Virus record (IMG/VR): IMGVR_UViG_3300042992_000089
Source: a virus
Lineage: Duplodnaviria; Heunggongvirae; Uroviricota; Caudoviricetes
Direction: 5' to 3' (one strand)
Length of the DNA: 54,488 nucleotides
The notes beneath the pieces were generated by a model. The model was not told the DNA's origin and made no database searches. It saw nothing but the letters and a program-made list of their open reading frames with translations. This document shows, piece by piece, positions 8,934 through 17,265 of the stretch (position 1 is the first letter of the stretch; every line of letters starts with the position of its first letter). The position numbers and the translations under genes were made by a program.

Positions 8934-10094
8934 ATGGCTGATTTTTCATTAACCACCCTCTTTGTAGTACCAGTAGGAAACACATTACCTAGCTCTGGAT
9001 CTACACAGAATTTAACAGCTGGTCAAGTAGGTATTTTCCTAAATGACTATAGTGTTGCTACATCTAGTAACATCGCTGATGCCCCTTATTTCTATGTTGC
9101 TCAAGGTAGAACAAACACGTATTTACAAGGCTCTAAGCGTTCAGACAAAATTGCTGGATGTGTAACTGGTGCTGCTTGTAAGTCAAACGTAACTGAATGG
9201 TACAAGTCTAATGGTTGTGCAACTGCTGTAAATCAAGTTACTGATGTAACTGGTTTCACAGTTAAACCTGGTGAGATTGTAACATTAACTTTACGTGGTT
9301 TCTCTAGCTACTTAGAAACATTGTACTTCAATGGTTTCACTCGTTCTGTAACAGTTAATGCTCCATGTCTTGGATGTGGTGACGATCCTTGTACAGATGT
9401 AGATGTGCCTGCATTGATTGATGATCTTATCTATCATTTAGAGTTAGATGCTCCAGGTAACAATCCTGATAACATCACTTTAAATCAATTTTACCAATTC
9501 CAAAGACTTGGTAACAATGCAAATGCGTTCTTACGTATCACTGGTAAACCATTGACTAAATATGGCCAGCCTTGTGACGTTGCTGCATTCCCTTGGGAGT
9601 ATGACAGATTCTACTTCAGAACTTTCATCTTCTCTGGTCCAGCTACAACTGCTGATTTCATTGTTGATGATCCTTGTAACAGAGTTGCTACTCCAGTGAT
9701 TAGACAACGTTCTAACTATCCTGTTGGTACTTCTGCTGAAGTTCAACAATTAGAGAAGAACTTCTATAGCTACCAAGCTGGTTACTTAAAGCATTTATAC
9801 AGAATGGGTGGTTACAACGAGAACTTTGAGTCTTGGGTAACTGATGGTCAAATCTATGATTTGTACTATATCAAATTCAATGAGTATAATAAATCTGAGT
9901 ACCAATGGGGTGACTATATCTATGAAGATAGCACAGTGATTATTGCTGTTCCTAGCAATCAAACAACTGCTATCGAAGCTATATTAGAAGCTGCTTTAGG
10001 AACTGTTGCTGGAGATACATCTTGTATCACTACAACTAGTACTACAACTACTGTATGGCCTAGTACTTCAACAACAACTACTTTGATCCCTTAA
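8934..10094 (+). CDS. Putative auxiliary capsid protein with Thr-rich C-terminal tail
   Basis: 386 aa, beta-rich, MCP-like codon bias, followed by a strong terminator; synteny with the crAss-like auxiliary capsid gene; ends TTTSTTTTVWPSTSTTTTLIP. Confidence 0.55.
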   Translation: MADFSLTTLFVVPVGNTLPSSGSTQNLTAGQVGIFLNDYSVATSSNIADAPYFYVAQGRTNTYLQGSKRSDKIAGCVTGAACKSNVTEWYKSNGCATAVNQVTDVTGFTVKPGEIVTLTLRGFSSYLETLYFNGFTRSVTVNAPCLGCGDDPCTDVDVPALIDDLIYHLELDAPGNNPDNITLNQFYQFQRLGNNANAFLRITGKPLTKYGQPCDVAAFPWEYDRFYFRTFIFSGPATTADFIVDDPCNRVATPVIRQRSNYPVGTSAEVQQLEKNFYSYQAGYLKHLYRMGGYNENFESWVTDGQIYDLYYIKFNEYNKSEYQWGDYIYEDSTVIIAVPSNQTTAIEAILEAALGTVAGDTSCITTTSTTTTVWPSTSTTTTLIP

Positions 10095-10120
10095 GAACTA
10101 AGGTAAGATCATATTAACCT

Positions 10121-10163
10121 ATGCCAGAGGGTGAGAGGATATCTCAAATCCTCTGGCATTTTT
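10121..10163 (+). terminator. Rho-independent terminator closing the capsid block
   Basis: 10-bp stem atgccagagg/cctctggcat with inner tgaga/tctca helix, followed by TTTTT. Confidence 0.85.
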
Positions 10164-10175
10164 ATTATATAAATC

Positions 10176-10733
10176 ATGACATTAGATTTTTTAGTAATTA
10201 ACACTTATGATACTAGCACATTAGCAATAGCTGATACGTCTGTGTATAATACAAATCCACCAAGTGTTAGTTCTCCAACTATGCAAATAACTGTGCCTGG
10301 TTATACTGTTCCTGTAGCTATTCCTTTCAATGTTCAACAAATAAATACTTATAACTCAATTATATTGGGTTTAACTGCTTTTCCTGCTATTTCTCCATTA
10401 CCTGATGGTGTATATTTTTTAAAATATTCAGTGGCTCCAGCAAATACTAATTATGTAGAAAAAAACATAATGCGTACAAATGCTATTCAGGAAAAGTTTG
10501 ATAGTGCTTTTATGAAACTTGATATGATGGAATGTGATTCAGCTATCAGAACCCAAGCTAAGGTGGTATTAAATAGTGTATATTATATGATTCAAGGATC
10601 TATAGCAGCAGCTAATAACTGTGCAATTGATACAGCTAACAGATTGTACAATCAAGCTAATAGACAACTTGACTATTTTATTGCTAACCAATGTGGTTGT
10701 ACAGGAAACAACTATATAATTAATTTCTACTAA
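10176..10733 (+). CDS. Putative tail hub/collar-associated structural protein
   Basis: 185 aa; Ig-like N-terminal part (LPDGVYFLKYSVAP) plus C-terminal helical part with Cys residues; first gene of the fibre cassette. Confidence 0.45.
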   Translation: MTLDFLVINTYDTSTLAIADTSVYNTNPPSVSSPTMQITVPGYTVPVAIPFNVQQINTYNSIILGLTAFPAISPLPDGVYFLKYSVAPANTNYVEKNIMRTNAIQEKFDSAFMKLDMMECDSAIRTQAKVVLNSVYYMIQGSIAAANNCAIDTANRLYNQANRQLDYFIANQCGCTGNNYIINFY

Positions 10734-10734
10734 T

Positions 10735-10887
10735 ATGGCAAACTGTAGAGGATGTGGCATGAAAGTTGGATGTGGCTGTCAGTTGATTAATGGCCTATGT
10801 TCAGCTTGTCACAACAAAGCAAAAAATGCTCTAAAAAGATTAAAAGATGCTTACACCAAGATTGACAGATTGTGTAATAAATGGTAG
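10735..10887 (+). CDS. Small Cys-rich protein (50 aa), absent from the supplied ORF track
   Basis: MANCRGCGMKVGCGCQLINGLCSACHNKAKNALKRLKDAYTKIDRLCNKW; CxxC-CxC-CxxC pattern; starts 1 nt after the previous stop and fills the gap. Confidence 0.7.
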   Translation: MANCRGCGMKVGCGCQLINGLCSACHNKAKNALKRLKDAYTKIDRLCNKW

Positions 10888-11122
10888 TATCCCAGCAACT
10901 CTTACACAAATTGATGCAAGGTTGACATATTGGGCAAATATTGAATATAACAATATCTCCTTTTCTACCAATACTTACATCCCTGGGGATGTAATAGGAG
11001 ATTTACTAAATTACAAACGTATATTAGAATATAGATCTTGTAATCCAGATTATGCTATGGTGTGTGGTCTTCCCACTACCTCTCAAGTTATAAGCAGGGT
11101 TAAAATTCTAATTAATAAATAA
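10847..11122 (+). CDS. Small hypothetical structural protein (91 aa)
   Basis: In-strand ORF within the fibre cassette; overlaps the upstream small ORF by 41 nt. Confidence 0.6.
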   Translation: MLTPRLTDCVINGSIPATLTQIDARLTYWANIEYNNISFSTNTYIPGDVIGDLLNYKRILEYRSCNPDYAMVCGLPTTSQVISRVKILINK

Positions 11123-11130
11123 ATTATAAT

Positions 11131-12288
11131 ATGTCTTGCGAAAGTTGCTACAATGGTTGTGTTGATATAGTATCTGATAAGTGTGTCAGATATACAGGAG
11201 TTACGTATGCCTCAGTGGGCATTGATGCTGGTGATTCTTTATACCAAGTAGAGATTGCTTTGATAGAAAAAGTCATTTCTTTCTTGAATGGATCTGGTAT
11301 AAACATTAGTATAAACCCTACTTTTTTATGTAACTACATGCAGACATTTTTACCTGCAGGTAGTACTTTTACACTTCCTACAATAATTTCAGGAATTGTA
11401 AGAGCTATTTGTGATATTAACACTCGTGTTGTTAGTATTAATAATACACTAACTATATTAAATGCTGATTATACAATTGGCTGTCTTACAGGAGTTACAG
11501 CTTCTTCTGACACTCATGATATTGTTCAGGCTACTATAAATAAACTTTGTGCAGTTTCAACTGATCTTACTGCTCTTACTCTTAATGTAAATACAAACTA
11601 TGTTAAGTTAGCAGATCTTGATGCTTTGATTGCTGCATATATTGCAGGTACATCAGGTGGTGGTTCTACCCAACAGTATTTAAAAATGGTTCCATTTGTA
11701 GCCTATGAATATTATGGACCATTAACAAACTTTGATGGATCAGGTATTGGCATCCCAGCAAATGGTTTCTTCAAAGTATATTTATGTAATGGTCTAAATG
11801 GCACCCCTGATAGAAGAGGACGTGCTGCTGTAGGAGCCATTCAAAATGTACCAGGTGCTCCATTAGATGCTGCAGTAAATCCTGCTAATGCTGGTAATCC
11901 AAACTATGCTTTGTATAACACAGCAGGAGCAAACACTGTAACTTTGATTACATCACAAATTCCTGTACATAGTCATAATGCTACTGTAGTGGCATCTGGA
12001 TCAGTGCCAAACCACACTCACATAATAATGGGAGGATCAGGTCCTGGTAATAGTCCTGCTCCAAATGCATTACAAGTTATGGCAAATGAAAAAGGAGATG
12101 GTGGTAATGCAAGTTATAAATTTTCAATTGCTAGTTCTCAAGTACATAACTCTGGTATAAGTAGTGCAAGTGGAGCTGGTCCTGTAGCACTTAGTGTGGC
12201 TGTTTCAAACAGCGATACAGGTAGTGGAGGAGCTCATCCTAACATACAACCTGTAATAGCTGCATATTATATTATGTATATTCCTTAA
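11131..12288 (+). CDS. Tail fibre/baseplate-type protein with phage tail-collar-like domain
   Basis: VYLCNGLNGTPDRRGRAAVGA, GANTVTLITSQIPVHSH, HTH, and C-terminal GGAHPNIQPVIAAYYIMY are tail-collar/short-fibre hallmarks; Cys-rich N-terminus. Confidence 0.75.
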   Translation: MSCESCYNGCVDIVSDKCVRYTGVTYASVGIDAGDSLYQVEIALIEKVISFLNGSGINISINPTFLCNYMQTFLPAGSTFTLPTIISGIVRAICDINTRVVSINNTLTILNADYTIGCLTGVTASSDTHDIVQATINKLCAVSTDLTALTLNVNTNYVKLADLDALIAAYIAGTSGGGSTQQYLKMVPFVAYEYYGPLTNFDGSGIGIPANGFFKVYLCNGLNGTPDRRGRAAVGAIQNVPGAPLDAAVNPANAGNPNYALYNTAGANTVTLITSQIPVHSHNATVVASGSVPNHTHIIMGGSGPGNSPAPNALQVMANEKGDGGNASYKFSIASSQVHNSGISSASGAGPVALSVAVSNSDTGSGGAHPNIQPVIAAYYIMYIP

Positions 12289-12309
12289 TCTATTTAAACT
12301 AACTATAAA

Positions 12310-14208
12310 ATGTCTTGTTCTTCTTGCTATCCTAATCCTAATCCTTGTTACACTGCATATTATCAACCTGGTCAAAACTGTGGTTGTTGTGGTGGTGTAG
12401 TGGGTGATTGTGGATGTGTTGGTACTGCTGGCACTGCTGGCACTGGTGGCTGGGGCTGCTGGTGTGGTGCTACAGGCTGTGCAGATGCTCCTTATAATAG
12501 TAATAATACTGTCTATGTTGGACCTAATCTTCCTAACTCAGGTGTTAACACTTGTGACACTTTAACCACTGCATTAGAAAAAATTGACTATGTAGTAACA
12601 GGTGGTGGAGGTGGTGGAAAAAATGGAACATCAGGAACTAGTGGAACTCCTAGTACAAGTGGTTCTTCTGGAACCTCTGGTTCTTCTGGCTCTAGTGGTG
12701 TAACTGGTGCTCAAGGTGCTGCTGGTGTAAATGGTACAGCAGGTTCTTCTGGTACATCAGCTTTGTCTGGTTCTTCTGGATCTTCTGGAAGTTCAGGAAC
12801 TGCTGGTAAAAATGGTTCTAGTGGTGTTGATGGTAGTTCTGGAATCAGTGGTAGTAGTGGTACAAGTGGAAATTCAGGATCAAGTGGTAATAGTGGTACA
12901 AGTGGTACTGATGGCTCTAGTGGAACAGCAGGAACAGCAGGAACAGCAGGAGCTGACGGAGCTAATGGAAGCAGTGGCACAAGTGGTCAAAATGCAACCA
13001 GTGGTACAGCAGGACTATCAGGTGATAAATATGCTACAACATCAGTTAGCTCATTTACACTAGGAAGTGGAGGTACAATTACTGTTGGTACAGGACTTTC
13101 TTATACCATAGCACAATCTGTATTAATTTCATTTAATGGATCAAACTATCAAACTTCTCCAGTTACATCTTATAACTCTGGAACAGGTGTTTTAGTTTTA
13201 GGTACACCAAGTGCTACTGTAGGTTCAGGAACTTATAGTTCTTGGACAGTTAACTTAGCAGGAGCTGCAGGTGGTAATGGTTCTAGTGGTACTTCTGGTT
13301 CTTCTGGAACAAATGGTACAGCTGGTACTAGTGGTACGTCTGGTACAGCTGGTACTTCTGGTACTAATGGAACAACTGGCACTTCTGGAACAACAGGTAC
13401 AAGTGGAACAAATGGAACTTCTGGTTCTAGTGGTACTAGTGGTACCAATGGAACAACTGGTACAAATGGATCATCAGGGTCTAGTGGATCTTCAGGTTCA
13501 TCTGGCTCTTCTGGATCATCAGGTAGCTCTGGATCTTCTGGGGTTAGTGGTACTAGTGGATCTTCTGGTGTATCTAATAGTATTTCTGGTGCTACTAATC
13601 AAGTTCTTAAATATAGTAGTGCTACTTCTGCTGTAGGATGTTCTATATATGATGATGATAATTATACATCAATAGGTGGTCCTAATCCAGGATCAAGACT
13701 TAATGTATATCTAGGTAATGGTCAACCAGCAGGAAACTATGTTGCAGATTTTGCAGGCATAGAACCATACGTTACAGTTAGAGCATTAGGTGGTAGTAAT
13801 ACTGCTACATTACAATTACTTCCTACATCAGGTTATACAGCATTTATTGGTAACTATAATGGTGGAGGTGTGATAATTAGAGCAATGAATGCTGATGTGG
13901 TTACAATTGATTCATCTGGTGTTACAGCTCCAGCATTTTTTGAAACTTCTGATATTAGGTATAAGGATGTATTAGAATGGAACCCAGAAATAAATGTGCT
14001 TGGAATAGATGTAATTAAATTTAAGCGTACTGATATTGTAACTAATACAATTAACTATGGTTATTCAGCTCAACAAGTACAAGAAATTATTCCTGATGTT
14101 GTTAATGAGATAGATGAAAAGTTAAGTGTAAACTACATAGCTGTTCATACATTAAAGATAGCAGCATTAGAAAAACGTATTGCAGAACTTGAAGCTAAAT
14201 TAAAATAA
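12310..14208 (+). CDS. Collagen-like tail/head fibre with C-terminal intramolecular chaperone (peptidase S74-like)
   Basis: Two Gly-X-Y blocks (GTS/GSS); C-terminal TSDIRYK...YGYSAQQVQEIIPDVV...VNY...coiled coil is the S74 signature. Confidence 0.85.
   Translation: MSCSSCYPNPNPCYTAYYQPGQNCGCCGGVVGDCGCVGTAGTAGTGGWGCWCGATGCADAPYNSNNTVYVGPNLPNSGVNTCDTLTTALEKIDYVVTGGGGGGKNGTSGTSGTPSTSGSSGTSGSSGSSGVTGAQGAAGVNGTAGSSGTSALSGSSGSSGSSGTAGKNGSSGVDGSSGISGSSGTSGNSGSSGNSGTSGTDGSSGTAGTAGTAGADGANGSSGTSGQNATSGTAGLSGDKYATTSVSSFTLGSGGTITVGTGLSYTIAQSVLISFNGSNYQTSPVTSYNSGTGVLVLGTPSATVGSGTYSSWTVNLAGAAGGNGSSGTSGSSGTNGTAGTSGTSGTAGTSGTNGTTGTSGTTGTSGTNGTSGSSGTSGTNGTTGTNGSSGSSGSSGSSGSSGSSGSSGSSGVSGTSGSSGVSNSISGATNQVLKYSSATSAVGCSIYDDDNYTSIGGPNPGSRLNVYLGNGQPAGNYVADFAGIEPYVTVRALGGSNTATLQLLPTSGYTAFIGNYNGGGVIIRAMNADVVTIDSSGVTAPAFFETSDIRYKDVLEWNPEINVLGIDVIKFKRTDIVTNTINYGYSAQQVQEIIPDVVNEIDEKLSVNYIAVHTLKIAALEKRIAELEAKLK
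12625..13020 (+). repeat. Gly-X-Y (GTS/GSS/GTA) coding repeat block 1
   Basis: 9-nt periodic degenerate repeat, e.g. (GGAACAGCA)3 near 12922-12948. Confidence 0.9.
13260..13572 (+). repeat. Gly-X-Y (GTS/GSS/GTN) coding repeat block 2
   Basis: GSSGTSGSSGTNGTAGTSG...GSSGSSGSSGVSGTSGSSG. Confidence 0.9.
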
Positions 14209-14210
14209 TA

Positions 14211-14891
14211 ATGAGTTGGGCATCCTTAACAAACAATCAGTGTATTTCTTGCAATAATTTACAAGATGGTGTAAACAATAATGTGTTTACATTAAAAAAT
14301 GCTATCCCTGTTAGTAACAAACAAGTCACTAGAAATGAAGCAGAATTTTATGTAAACATTCAAAATATAACAAATAGGTCTGCTAATGAACTTGTAATTA
14401 AAAGTGATGTAATATCTTCTGGTAGTACAACAACTACATCAACTACTCAAGTTCCAACTCCTTGTGGAAATCCAACTTCTTATTCAGGAGGAGTTACATA
14501 TCCAACACCATTCACAATTACAGTTGGTAGTGGTACAGGAAATACTACTCTGACATTTGATGCACAAAATGTTCCTGATAGATTTATAGTTCAATGGAAT
14601 GGTAATTTTGTAATTGATACAGGATATAGAGGTAATTCTAATTATAACATTGGAGGAAGTCTTAGAAGTAACTTTAATTCTTCTTTAAGTGGTAAAGTAG
14701 ATCCTATAACAGGATTAACTTATCCAAACACTACTCAATGGCCAGGAGATGGTTATCCACTAGTAGTAAGTCCTGGTAATGGAACTTCTGTATTTTCTAA
14801 AAATGCTTCCTCACCAACTACAGCAAATGTTTTTGTTTATGCTCCTCTTCCAGGAACTGCGTGGTCATTTACATTAGGTTGCCCAATATAA
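14211..14891 (+). CDS. Putative fibre/decoration protein (shared N-terminal module, Thr linker, beta-sandwich head)
   Basis: N-terminal ~65 aa paralogous to 14924; linker STTTTSTTQ; C-terminal domain with FDAQNVPDRFIV motif. Confidence 0.6.
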   Translation: MSWASLTNNQCISCNNLQDGVNNNVFTLKNAIPVSNKQVTRNEAEFYVNIQNITNRSANELVIKSDVISSGSTTTTSTTQVPTPCGNPTSYSGGVTYPTPFTITVGSGTGNTTLTFDAQNVPDRFIVQWNGNFVIDTGYRGNSNYNIGGSLRSNFNSSLSGKVDPITGLTYPNTTQWPGDGYPLVVSPGNGTSVFSKNASSPTTANVFVYAPLPGTAWSFTLGCPI

Positions 14892-14923
14892 TATTTTAAA
14901 ACCAAATTAATATTAAATAAGTA

Positions 14924-16438
14924 ATGAGTTGGGCATCAATAGCAAATAATCAATGTGTTTCATTAAATAATTTACAGGATGCTGTGAACAATGGAGTATT
15001 TACATTAAAGAATATAATTCCTGTTCCTAACACTAAACAAGTAACTTCAGGTGAAGCAGAATTTTTTGTAAATATAATTCCTACAGGTAAGTCTGTTAAT
15101 GAACTTGTTGTTAAGTCTAATTTAGTTTCACCTCCAACTACAACTACTACATCAAGTACAAGTACAACAAGTACAACCACAACATTTATTTCAGATCCTT
15201 GTAATTGTGTTGAAGTAAATATTACATCTGCTGGTGGTGAAGTAGCAACATTTAATTGTTTTGGAGTAAATGAAAACTATGTTTATGCAACAGCTGGTAC
15301 TAGATATATTTGTGCAGCTGTTATTGGTGGCTTATTACAAGCTAACATCGTATCAGGTACAGGAACGTTAACACCTATTGGTAATTGTAAAACTGGACCT
15401 TGTGGATCAACAACAACAACAACAACAACAACTATATTTAATCCAACTAACAACCTTAATTTTATTCAGACTATTGTAAGTAGAGATGATGTTACTAGCT
15501 CAAATGATGGAAAATATGTAGCTACAATATGCGTTACAAATAATAAATTATATATTTCTAATGACTATGGACTTACTTATACAACAGTTACTGTTGCTGG
15601 GACAAATACACTCTATAGAGTTGCTGTAAGTGGAACAGGTGAGTATATGTATTGTCTTTCACAAGCTCAAGGACAACCAGGTGTTATTTCAAGATCTACA
15701 GATTATGGTGTTAATTGGAATACTACAGGTACTGCAACAGGAGCATATTCTTCAATTACTACAAATAGAACAGGACAATATGTAATTGTTGGAGCAATAA
15801 ATTTAGGTGAAGCAGAATCAGGGTTGGGTCAAATTTGGAGATCTTCAGATTATGGAGTATCTTTTGTAAGAGTAGATTTTTCTTTTGGTGGTCTTTATCC
15901 TCAAGCACCCTATGCTGTTACAGTAGATAGTTCAGGTAATCGTCAATATGCTGCTACCATTAATCTTAGTATGGCAGCATTTGATGGAACTGTAGGAAGA
16001 ACAACAACTGCTTTAGGTAATTTTACACCCAAAGCTCAAGATGGTAATCAAACATATTATGGAGTGAGTACCTCTGCTGATGGATCAAAAGTGGTTGTTG
16101 CTAATCAAGGTGGATTTTACGGATATAGTCCTGGAAATGTTCAGTTGAAAAGAAGTATAGATTATGGTGACACGTATGCAAATTTTGGTGGAGTTTCTAC
16201 TCAATGGCTTGGTGTAACTATAGATGGAAGTGGTACAAATATAATAGCTGTTCCAGGTACTTCAGGAGCAAGCACTTTATATAAATCAGTTTCATTTGGT
16301 ACACTTTCTTCAGTAGCAAGTTCTAAACTTTGGACTAGTGTATCAATTTCTTATAATGCAACTGTAGCAATTGCTGCAGAAACAACTGGACTTTGGAGAT
16401 CTACAAATGGTGGATCTACTTGGACAAAATTATCTTAA
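14924..16438 (+). CDS. Putative receptor-binding/decoration protein with BNR (Asp-box) beta-propeller
   Basis: Asp-box repeats SNDYGLTY, STDYGVNW, SSDYGVSF, SIDYGDTY, STNGGSTW; two Thr-rich linkers. Confidence 0.75.
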   Translation: MSWASIANNQCVSLNNLQDAVNNGVFTLKNIIPVPNTKQVTSGEAEFFVNIIPTGKSVNELVVKSNLVSPPTTTTTSSTSTTSTTTTFISDPCNCVEVNITSAGGEVATFNCFGVNENYVYATAGTRYICAAVIGGLLQANIVSGTGTLTPIGNCKTGPCGSTTTTTTTTIFNPTNNLNFIQTIVSRDDVTSSNDGKYVATICVTNNKLYISNDYGLTYTTVTVAGTNTLYRVAVSGTGEYMYCLSQAQGQPGVISRSTDYGVNWNTTGTATGAYSSITTNRTGQYVIVGAINLGEAESGLGQIWRSSDYGVSFVRVDFSFGGLYPQAPYAVTVDSSGNRQYAATINLSMAAFDGTVGRTTTALGNFTPKAQDGNQTYYGVSTSADGSKVVVANQGGFYGYSPGNVQLKRSIDYGDTYANFGGVSTQWLGVTIDGSGTNIIAVPGTSGASTLYKSVSFGTLSSVASSKLWTSVSISYNATVAIAAETTGLWRSTNGGSTWTKLS

Positions 16439-16460
16439 TTAAACCAAACAAATCAATAAT

Positions 16461-17090
16461 ATGACAGTCTTAGTAACATTAACATTAGCAGGGACAGACG
16501 TAGGTCCCTTTAACCTTTATTCAAATGTAGATGGATATACCACAGCAATAGCAAGTGGTGTATCTAGAGCTGCATTAGTAGCAGGATACAATCTTTTAAA
16601 TGTGCCTGATAATGCTTCTGTTATCAGAGTACAATCTACAGGCACTTGTACAAATTATCTTGATATACTTTTAAGTGGTGCAACAACCACTACAACTAGT
16701 AGCACTTCTACTTCTACAACAACCTCTACAACCACAGCATTTGTTGAATGTATAACTGGTGATAGAAATGCACTCGCTACATGTTCTGGAGGTGAATCTG
16801 CTCCATTCACAGTGACTGCAGGAAATACAGCTCTTATCACTCCTGGTGGATATTACTACTCTGGAACTGGTACAAGAACATATGCATGTTACATTATGGA
16901 TGCTGCAAATACCACAGTTTTATATACGTTCACTTATACTCAGACAAGCATGAGTCCAGGAACTTGGGCATCAACATTACCTTCTAACATCTTATCTGCA
17001 GGTAGCTATCGCTTAAGAACAGATACAGTGAACTGTTTCACTAGCTCTGGTACATTTAGTTTAGTTGCAACTTGCAACACACCTGATTAA
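16461..17090 (+). CDS. Putative decoration protein ('GPF' N-domain, Thr linker, variable head)
   Basis: N-terminal ~70 aa paralogous to 26217 and 26662; linker TTTTTSSTSTSTTTSTTT. Confidence 0.6.
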   Translation: MTVLVTLTLAGTDVGPFNLYSNVDGYTTAIASGVSRAALVAGYNLLNVPDNASVIRVQSTGTCTNYLDILLSGATTTTTSSTSTSTTTSTTTAFVECITGDRNALATCSGGESAPFTVTAGNTALITPGGYYYSGTGTRTYACYIMDAANTTVLYTFTYTQTSMSPGTWASTLPSNILSAGSYRLRTDTVNCFTSSGTFSLVATCNTPD

Positions 17091-17121
17091 AAACCCCTGT
17101 TTGTTGGTTTACAGATGGTCT

Positions 17122-17151
17122 CCCCTAGGGTTTCTACCCTGGGGGTTTTTT
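17122..17151 (+). terminator. Rho-independent terminator closing the fibre cassette
   Basis: Stem cccctaggg/ccctggggg, loop tttcta, followed by TTTTTTGTTT. Confidence 0.85.
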
Positions 17152-17158
17152 GTTTAAA

Positions 17159-17237
17159 CTCTAACTAAAAAAGTTATTCTATATAATTAAATTAGTTAAC
17201 AAAATTTTGAAAATGTCAAAAATAATTCCTACCTTTA
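17159..17237 (+). promoter_or_regulatory. Putative promoter (TTTG-N20-TACCTTTA) with upstream palindrome TAACT-N5-AGTTA
   Basis: Palindrome 17162-17176; TTTG 17206-17209; TAnnTTTA 17230-17237; lies between a terminator and the 17266 gene. Confidence 0.55.
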
Positions 17238-17265
17238 CAGTAATTTTAACTAAACTAAACTACAT

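Noticed and set aside
12625-13572. Periodic repeats as a possible CRISPR array or DNA-level repeat element
   Set aside because: The period is 9 nt, degenerate at synonymous sites, with no unique spacers; fully explained by Gly-X-Y coding.
11131-17090. Diversity-generating retroelement or invertase shufflon acting on fibre genes
   Set aside because: No reverse transcriptase, recombinase, template/variable repeat pair differing at adenines, or inverted genes in this window; such elements could exist outside it.
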